From the IMG/VR virus record IMGVR_UViG_3300021131_000004: a stretch of DNA of 64,000 bases. The stretch is one strand, 5' to 3'. The notes beneath the pieces were generated by a model. The model was not told the origin of the DNA. It saw nothing but the letters and a program-made list of their open reading frames with translations, and searched no databases. The stretch comes from an uncultured virus (IMG/VR IMGVR_UViG_3300021131_000004). Its lineage: Duplodnaviria > Heunggongvirae > Uroviricota > Caudoviricetes. The position numbers and the translations under genes were made by a program. This document shows, one piece after another, positions 57,360-64,000 of this stretch (position 1 is the stretch's first letter; each line of letters begins with the position of its first letter).

Positions 57360-57374
57360 TAAAAATACATAAAG

Positions 57375-58058
57375 ATGGCTACATACATCCCAGGGTTCGT
57401 CCTCCAAAAATATAACACTCAATTCGCCCCTAAAGGCGGTGCTCCAGTTGGTGCCATTTTAGAAATCCCTACTCCCGATAACGGAGCTGTGATTGATGGT
57501 GACTTTTGGGCAGTTCCGGTGAATATCGGTGTGTATGCCGGTTGGACTTTTCAACCTTATAACGTAAATAATCCAGCAGAAGCGACTGCACCAAATTTGT
57601 TCTCAGTAGCAGTATGCAGAATTAGTTCTAATAAAACTAGCGATGTGTATTATGTACTTGGAACAGTAGCACAGTATGTTACTGCTGCTGCTGGTGGAAC
57701 AGCTCTTCCTGCTGCATGGCCAACATTGGCTCATACAGTTCCATTATTACCAGTTTGTCAGACTTTAAGTAGTCAAGATGGTAGTGGTAACTACATCGGT
57801 GAGATTGGAGTTCCTTCATTAGATATTGGCGGTAACTACTTCCCATTTGGTTTCTTTAACGGTGTTGCTTTAGCAGCCGCTACTGCAAATGGATATGCGG
57901 ATCTTACATCTTTGTTAGTGTTCTTAAACGCTTCTTGGAGTGCTGTAGGAACATGGACTAAGACAGCCGACAACTTGAGTATCATTGTTACTCAAACAGG
58001 CGGTCCAGGAACAGATGTATTCTGTGGAGCAATCGTTGATGTTCATCCATCATTATAA
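57375..58058 (+). CDS. Putative capsid decoration protein (paralogue A)
   Basis: Shares WA.PV..G...G..F, CQT, PSL..G..YFP.G..N.VAL.A...NGYA....LL.FLN..W with the next gene. Confidence 0.6.
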   Translation: MATYIPGFVLQKYNTQFAPKGGAPVGAILEIPTPDNGAVIDGDFWAVPVNIGVYAGWTFQPYNVNNPAEATAPNLFSVAVCRISSNKTSDVYYVLGTVAQYVTAAAGGTALPAAWPTLAHTVPLLPVCQTLSSQDGSGNYIGEIGVPSLDIGGNYFPFGFFNGVALAAATANGYADLTSLLVFLNASWSAVGTWTKTADNLSIIVTQTGGPGTDVFCGAIVDVHPSL

Positions 58059-58078
58059 TATCTAGAGGGACTTAAATA

Positions 58079-58792
58079 ATGGCAGCACCTACTAATCAAA
58101 TATCAACGGTAACAGTACCTGCATTGGTAATATCATTGAACAACTTTTTGTTTGTTGATAAAACTGATAGCGATGTTGTTCTCGGTAAAGTTCTTCAAGT
58201 TCCATGTAGAGACATTCTATATGACAACACTGATAGATGGGCAATACCTGTGAAGGATAGCGGTCTATTTACTGGATTAGATTTTGAATATATGGTGAAG
58301 GTATATGCCGATATGGATTTTACGCCTCAGCCAACTTTTGATTCTTTCTCGGTATTCAGGATTAGAGATACAAAGAGTTCTTTTGAGTGGATGATATATG
58401 GTTCAAAAGCGAATCTGCTTACTGCGTGTGCTACATGCTGCGGTGCTGATGCGGTTTCTATGCCAGGTATCTCTCCATCATTTAAATTAAGAATTGCTCC
58501 TTGTCAAACTGTAAATCTTTTGAATGGAAGTGGAGTTCCTTATGGAGTATTTGCATTACCATCTTTAGGAGTAGGTCAGCAATATTTCCCTTATGGTTCT
58601 TATAATAACGTAGCTCTTCCGGCAGGTGCAACAAATGGGTATGCAACTACAACTGCATTACTTTCATTTTTGAATACTACTTGGAATACTTATGTATGGA
58701 CTTTGAGTTCTGATAACGAAACATTAATAGCAACAGGTGGATCGACAGGAGACAGTTTATGTGTGAACATAGTAGCTGTGACTCCATCATAG
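58079..58792 (+). CDS. Putative capsid decoration protein (paralogue B)
   Basis: Paralogue of 57375..58058; both end near PS. Confidence 0.6.
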   Translation: MAAPTNQISTVTVPALVISLNNFLFVDKTDSDVVLGKVLQVPCRDILYDNTDRWAIPVKDSGLFTGLDFEYMVKVYADMDFTPQPTFDSFSVFRIRDTKSSFEWMIYGSKANLLTACATCCGADAVSMPGISPSFKLRIAPCQTVNLLNGSGVPYGVFALPSLGVGQQYFPYGSYNNVALPAGATNGYATTTALLSFLNTTWNTYVWTLSSDNETLIATGGSTGDSLCVNIVAVTPS

Positions 58793-58828
58793 AAAAATAA
58801 AACCCCTTTGGTGGGTAACTTAATAACT

Positions 58829-58863
58829 AAAGGGTAATCTGGTAAAAAGGATTACCCTTTTTA
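58829..58863 (+). terminator. Intrinsic terminator after the capsid operon
   Basis: AAAGGGTAATC...GATTACCCTTT followed by TT. Confidence 0.8.
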
Positions 58864-58874
58864 ATTATCGTGAA

Positions 58875-61727
58875 ATGAATATTACTAATTCAAATGACAT
58901 CTCAGTTTTACAAGTACAGGTATTTTTTGATATCAGTGGTAATACGCCTATCATTGCCCTTGTAAATCAGAGCCAGGGAGCGAATTTAGCGAATGTATCT
59001 TATGCATTTGTCGCAACTTCTCCTACGGGAACTTACATCCACAATGGGAATATAAATACTCCTGATGTTGTTGGTGCTTGGACTACGCAACAAATTACTG
59101 ATCCTTGGCCTCGTCCGTTCAATCAAATTGAGTGGAGTGGTGCTCCATATTCATTTGTAGTAATTGCAAAAGATAGTGCCGGTAATATTTACCAGGCACC
59201 TGCTCAGTTAGCTACTATTTGCAGACCTAATGGGAACTACGATAATTCAAAGACTGCGTTTGGTATTGCTACTTCGGATTTAAATGTAAAGTGTCAGGAT
59301 GGAAGAATATTTTTTCAAGATACTACCTATCATTCTTACAAGGGTGACGATGGTATTTTAGTTTCTTCTCAATTAAAAGTTATTTTCCCTATTGATGAGA
59401 CAGAAAATATTCCAACGCCATTCAATCTTATAAATTATTCTACAGCACTTGTTCCTATCACGTACAGTTCTGATAATTATCAGTTCTTACAAAATGTAAT
59501 TTATGATTATGATCAAGGTAATGGTGTAATCATTCGTATAAAGTATCAAACACTAAGAACATTTGCTGTTTGGTGTAATATTGATTTAGCACCGCTTGTT
59601 TGTGAGTTCAATGATTTGATTTATAAAGTAGAAAGTGGCAATTGCACAGATGCTAATTTAGCAGCACAGCAATTGAATTTAATCACTGGTAAGATGGCCC
59701 TTGTATTCATGGGTATTCAACAACCATTGATTGGCATTGATGTTCCGGCTGTTATTGAAGATATAAAACAAATTGGTGGATTTAATTGCAACTGTTGTAC
59801 AGCACCTACAGGAATTATCCCAAATACAGCATCTATCATCGATGGATATTCATTCAGTGTAGTTCATACAGGTGGTGATGTGAATGGTAATGTAACTCAG
59901 GCAGGATCTAACATTCAAATCAATCTGCATGACGTAAGTTATGTGTTTGCAATTGGTGTTACTTCTCCGATGACTACAACAGCATTTGGTGTTTCTTCAG
60001 TAGTTGCAGGAGATGGGTTCACGAAGACTTATTACTTGAATGTCGATGGTCAGCAATTGGCTCTTGATATCCTTGCAAATATTGGTGACAATCCTGTTGC
60101 ATTAAACGAACTTAAAACACTTGTTGGTGCGACTAATTTTGAATTAACGGTTGATGGTAAGTGTGTGTTTGATTCAAGTATCTCTTGTGATTATACTTAT
60201 TTGCTATCAAATGTACCTGCGAGTGTAACATACTCTTTGTTGCAAAATATTATTGTCAATGGAATTGCACAGCCATTATCATTTGCATTGAATTTAACTA
60301 ATTTATCTGCGTTTCAAACGTACTTAAATACATTAGGAATAGGAACATTTGTAGTCACTAATGTAGCAGGTGTAGTTCATGTAGTTTCTTCATCAAATAC
60401 TTTCAAGCTTTCTGATTTAACATACTCAACAGCTTCAGTAAATTATATAGCTACACTTACTAAAGTTTGCACAGGCACAACACCGATTAGTGCTAACCAG
60501 GTGGTACAGAATATTATCAATTATTTATGTGGCCTTACGGATGCACAGGTAACTACTTCTCAAGAGTATGTGATATGCTATATTGATCCTATTACTAATG
60601 AAAAAACGGTAGCGAATATAAGCTCAGGAACAAAACTTACTGATTTTATATCTACGTTATTGGCGTTAGGTTGTCATACTATTGATTATGTAAAAACAAT
60701 CGGTGGCGGTGGGTCTCCAACTTGTGATAGTACTAAAGCTTTATTCCCTACCAATACAAACGCTCTTTTAGAGTCTGATATAATCTTTGTAACCAAGGGT
60801 GGCACATGTTCTAGAATAAGTCCTATTGAACTAGGAACGGCAATACTTCAGCTAGGAATTTACAACAGTGATTTCTTATCTGCATTTTGTACTGCTGCTG
60901 CTATTTGTGCAGGATCTACAGATTGTCCTAGCTTGATTAATTTCGAGTATCATTACACAGGGACTAATTTGATTATAACGAAGGCTATCTTCAATACAAC
61001 ACCTACAGCACCTCAAACAATCACGTTACTATATAAGATTTCCACAAATCCAACATACACTTTATTCTCTGCCGCAGTGGTGGTGAATACTGATGGAACT
61101 TTGGTTGCTCCGGCTGTTATTCCTATATCTTCAGGAACAACTTATAATGTACAGATGATTAATAACTGTTCAAGTCCTGTAGATGGAATCACTAAAACGA
61201 TTTCTACTTCAGTAGTACCTACAGCAGGTTCCTATAAATTAGGAACTACTAACCCTGGAGTATGTACCGCAGGAACTGTAACTCTTTATAGTAACGGAGC
61301 ATTTGCTATCGGGGATGTAATGTATACTGATATTGGATTAACAAACCCTGTGACAGGATATACATTCATTGTAAATACCGCAGACAATCATATTTACAAC
61401 ATTAATTCTACAACAGGATTGGTTGGATCTGATACAGGAAATGTGTGTGTGTCTTTAGGAGGTAGCTTCTTAATTGCATACGGCACAGGTGGTTCAGGCG
61501 GTGTAGGATCGGCTTGTTACAATTCAGCGTCTAACATTCATACAGTTAGTGTTTATTGGGCAATTCCAGATGGTCCGGGTCTTAACAATGGTCAAACATA
61601 TTATAACTCTGATGGAAGTAAATTTAATGGAACAATTGAGTCTTATTGGGCTGATCAGAACATCTCGTTCCAATACGGTACAATTGATGTGAACGGTGTA
61701 TTCCATTTCCACGGGGCTTGTGTATAA
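58875..61727 (+). CDS. Large Cys-rich structural protein (tail hub/fibre-like)
   Basis: 950 aa, beta-rich, CNCC motif, repeated C-terminal modules. Confidence 0.6.
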   Translation: MNITNSNDISVLQVQVFFDISGNTPIIALVNQSQGANLANVSYAFVATSPTGTYIHNGNINTPDVVGAWTTQQITDPWPRPFNQIEWSGAPYSFVVIAKDSAGNIYQAPAQLATICRPNGNYDNSKTAFGIATSDLNVKCQDGRIFFQDTTYHSYKGDDGILVSSQLKVIFPIDETENIPTPFNLINYSTALVPITYSSDNYQFLQNVIYDYDQGNGVIIRIKYQTLRTFAVWCNIDLAPLVCEFNDLIYKVESGNCTDANLAAQQLNLITGKMALVFMGIQQPLIGIDVPAVIEDIKQIGGFNCNCCTAPTGIIPNTASIIDGYSFSVVHTGGDVNGNVTQAGSNIQINLHDVSYVFAIGVTSPMTTTAFGVSSVVAGDGFTKTYYLNVDGQQLALDILANIGDNPVALNELKTLVGATNFELTVDGKCVFDSSISCDYTYLLSNVPASVTYSLLQNIIVNGIAQPLSFALNLTNLSAFQTYLNTLGIGTFVVTNVAGVVHVVSSSNTFKLSDLTYSTASVNYIATLTKVCTGTTPISANQVVQNIINYLCGLTDAQVTTSQEYVICYIDPITNEKTVANISSGTKLTDFISTLLALGCHTIDYVKTIGGGGSPTCDSTKALFPTNTNALLESDIIFVTKGGTCSRISPIELGTAILQLGIYNSDFLSAFCTAAAICAGSTDCPSLINFEYHYTGTNLIITKAIFNTTPTAPQTITLLYKISTNPTYTLFSAAVVVNTDGTLVAPAVIPISSGTTYNVQMINNCSSPVDGITKTISTSVVPTAGSYKLGTTNPGVCTAGTVTLYSNGAFAIGDVMYTDIGLTNPVTGYTFIVNTADNHIYNINSTTGLVGSDTGNVCVSLGGSFLIAYGTGGSGGVGSACYNSASNIHTVSVYWAIPDGPGLNNGQTYYNSDGSKFNGTIESYWADQNISFQYGTIDVNGVFHFHGACV

Positions 61728-61738
61728 AATAAATAGAG

Positions 61739-62548
61739 ATGATAGATGTATTCGATTTATATAATGACTTTAAGGGTCTGGTAAATACCTTCCAAGGAGG
61801 GTTTTACCAGCCCCAAAGTACCTTTATTCGTGCAGCCAATAATATTCATAAGGAATTGTGGATTAAGTGGACTAATGAGGCAGAGAAATCGCAGGAGGCA
61901 AGAGATAATCTCGCATGGGCTTTAAAGTCTGAAAATGTTATTGTAACGGCAGCGAATTCTTACTATGGCATTTTAAAGCCGCCAGTAGATTACGGACGAT
62001 TTGCTTCAGCGAAAATATTGTGGGAGAAAAAAGATGATGAGGTAAAGTGTAAGCCGTCTATCAATGTGAATAAGGGTAAGTGTATTATTGGGAAGAGAAA
62101 TAAAAATGGCATCATGATTAACACTTATGATACTACTATTTCTCAGGAAGAAATCACCGAAGCTTACTATGATAAATTAGAGGAATCTGATGTTGAATTA
62201 ATTGATGAACAAAGGTGGTCTGCGTGTATAAAACATCTATCGAAAAGTCCTACTATTGAGAATCCAAAAATGCGGCAAATAAATCAAGGATGGAATGTAG
62301 CACCAAGACAAGTAAGTATGGTAATTTTAAATTATTATATTAATCCTGTTGATGCTAAATTTGCTTATGCAACAACACCTGGTGATGTGCAAACAGGAGC
62401 AGGTGATGAAATAGTTTACGATGCGAAAAATAGCACACAATTTCCTTGGCCTGACTCAGTGAAGAATGAATTTTTATGGAGATTGGGAGAGCGTTTTTCG
62501 TATTTTACACACGATCAGTTTTTAGCTCAAGTTATTAAAATAAAATAA
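61739..62548 (+). CDS. Putative tail ring protein
   Basis: P.DY, P....P, YY..P....FAY..........YD..NS.QF.WP pattern of crAss-like ring proteins. Confidence 0.6.
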   Translation: MIDVFDLYNDFKGLVNTFQGGFYQPQSTFIRAANNIHKELWIKWTNEAEKSQEARDNLAWALKSENVIVTAANSYYGILKPPVDYGRFASAKILWEKKDDEVKCKPSINVNKGKCIIGKRNKNGIMINTYDTTISQEEITEAYYDKLEESDVELIDEQRWSACIKHLSKSPTIENPKMRQINQGWNVAPRQVSMVILNYYINPVDAKFAYATTPGDVQTGAGDEIVYDAKNSTQFPWPDSVKNEFLWRLGERFSYFTHDQFLAQVIKIK

Positions 62549-62550
62549 TC

Positions 62551-63270
62551 ATGCCTTACCCATCACAGACGTTTAATAATTTTGATGACTTATTAGCGTA
62601 TATAAATTCTTTATGGATTACTAATGGCAATCAGGAGATAACGGGGTTGATAGGCAATAATGTAGTGAATGGATTATTGACATTTATTCGTGAGTCTCCA
62701 TTAAATTATCAGAAAGCAAAAGTTTCTAGTACAGCAATACATTTTGGAGCTACGCAGCCGGTGAATGTATTTTCAGGAACACCGCCAATTGATGTTTCGT
62801 TTGGAGACAATATTTATAACGAGTATACTTTTGTGAATGCAACAGGAGTAGATATTCCATTTATTGCAGGTCAGTCATTTTATGATGTTAACTTAAACAA
62901 CATCACCTACATTCCATCTAATCAAATATTAAATATTAGTAAGGCTCAGAATGGTATGTGGATACAGACAAATAACTTTAATCCAGGTGCTGAAGTTTGG
63001 GAGCAAATTAATTTTGAGGTTGGGGTAAGTGGGATGAATCCTGGCGATATAACTTACACGATACCGTATCCAAAAATTAAAATAAATAGTGTAAAACCAT
63101 TTGTAGATAGCGGAAGATTATATCCAAATGTATCGGATCAGTTTAGTTATTCGATAGTATATAATGCGAATAATGTAGTAATAACATTTTTAAATGATTC
63201 TGGTGCTGGTAATCAAGGAGTGGTATCTGGACAAAAAATAATTATAGATTATGCTAAAGTATCTTTTTAA
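62551..63270 (+). CDS. Structural protein (fibre-associated)
   Basis: I.TNGNQEITG...N.V N-terminal motif; C-terminal SGQKIIIDY. Confidence 0.6.
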   Translation: MPYPSQTFNNFDDLLAYINSLWITNGNQEITGLIGNNVVNGLLTFIRESPLNYQKAKVSSTAIHFGATQPVNVFSGTPPIDVSFGDNIYNEYTFVNATGVDIPFIAGQSFYDVNLNNITYIPSNQILNISKAQNGMWIQTNNFNPGAEVWEQINFEVGVSGMNPGDITYTIPYPKIKINSVKPFVDSGRLYPNVSDQFSYSIVYNANNVVITFLNDSGAGNQGVVSGQKIIIDYAKVSF

Positions 63271-64000
63271 ATTAGTCATCCTGTTATTTATAGGTGTTTC
63301 TGTACATGCACAAACATTGCAACCTACAAATCTTCCCACTACCAATGCACCGAGTAGGTGGGATGATATTTTTGGTATCAGGGGAATCATTACAATGTAT
63401 CACGAAACAGATACATTCCCAAGTAAGTATCCTGCAATGATCAAGCACTTGAATCATAAGTATTACACTACGAATGGTAATGGTGCTCCTTGGACTGAAT
63501 TAGGTGGAAGTGGGAAGGCGTATTATACAATTAACCCTGCTCCAGATAGTTCTTATGTGACGATTAAAAGTTTGGACGGAACTCAGATAGACACTATAAA
63601 ATTCATTGATTTAAATCAGACCGCAGTAGGGGATAAAAATCTTACGATGAATAACTCCGGTGCCGGAGCACCTAGCGGAACTGTATTTGATAGAACTGTA
63701 AATTTAGTGCTCTCGTATAACACTATTGGGGCGAGTCCTCTTGCAGGATCATCTTCACTTACTACAGTAGGATCATTAACAAGTGGTGCTATCCCATATT
63801 CATTACTGACTGGAACTATACCTACATGGAATCAGAACACCACAGGAACGGCAGCAAATATCACAGCGACATCTAACAGCACATTGGTCACGTTATCTTC
63901 CCTATCGCTTCCGTATAGCCAATTAACGGGAGTTCCGACTACATCAGCAACTTTAACTGTAAATAGTTCTGGTAGTGGTGATGCTAGTCCATCATTATAC
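63251..64000 (+). CDS. Fibre-like protein with Sec signal peptide (runs off window end)
   Basis: Open for 250 codons: MLKYLFKLVILLFIGVSVHA-QTLQP...; PTWNQNTTGTAAN and PYS.LTG fibre-type motifs. Confidence 0.7.
   Translation, partial: MLKYLFKLVILLFIGVSVHAQTLQPTNLPTTNAPSRWDDIFGIRGIITMYHETDTFPSKYPAMIKHLNHKYYTTNGNGAPWTELGGSGKAYYTINPAPDSSYVTIKSLDGTQIDTIKFIDLNQTAVGDKNLTMNNSGAGAPSGTVFDRTVNLVLSYNTIGASPLAGSSSLTTVGSLTSGAIPYSLLTGTIPTWNQNTTGTAANITATSNSTLVTLSSLSLPYSQLTGVPTTSATLTVNSSGSGDASPSLY

Noticed and set aside
13270..63390. Numerous antisense ORFs in the track (e.g. 18002..19105, 32371..33392, 45684..49865, 55043..55400)
   Set aside because: Fully overlap well-supported plus-strand genes and show antisense-shadow composition
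1..64000. Stop-codon reassignment as in some crAss-like phages
   Set aside because: Long genes are intact in the standard code, and TAG and TGA both terminate well-supported genes
1..64000. Integrase, endolysin, reverse transcriptase/DGR or retron
   Set aside because: No recognisable motifs in the window; lifestyle cannot be determined from it

Overview
This window is about 64 kb of an AT-rich tailed dsDNA phage genome, most likely infecting Bacteroidota. The host call rests on TAnnTTTG promoters, A-rich translation starts without Shine-Dalgarno sites, and an Ala-Gln signal-peptide cleavage site. From left to right: (1) a repeat-rich left end and a leftward unit with small ORFs, candidate structured RNAs and a phage tmRNA; (2) a rightward mosaic early region; (3) a lambda-O/DnaC-style replication module with an iteron array, HNH and HTH genes; (4) a truncated sliding-clamp mini-gene and a five-gene glycosyl-/methyl-transferase cluster; (5) groES-groEL; (6) a crAss-like podovirus structural module with ring/tail proteins, ejection/cargo proteins, terminase, muzzle, portal, scaffold, major capsid, decoration and fibre genes. 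The structural module also holds an inserted 4.9 kb fibre-like cassette and an M28-like peptidase next to an intein-containing ATP-grasp gene. The most unusual signals are: short ORFs nested in the +1 frame of the giant ejection genes, one with a repeat that diverges only at synonymous sites of the nested frame; a 2150-aa protein with apparent SAM-lyase-like and RelA/SpoT-like domains; a cluster of unannotated structured RNAs beside a long-tag tmRNA; and a fibre-like protein with a Sec signal peptide. All family calls come from motif recognition by eye, not database searches.
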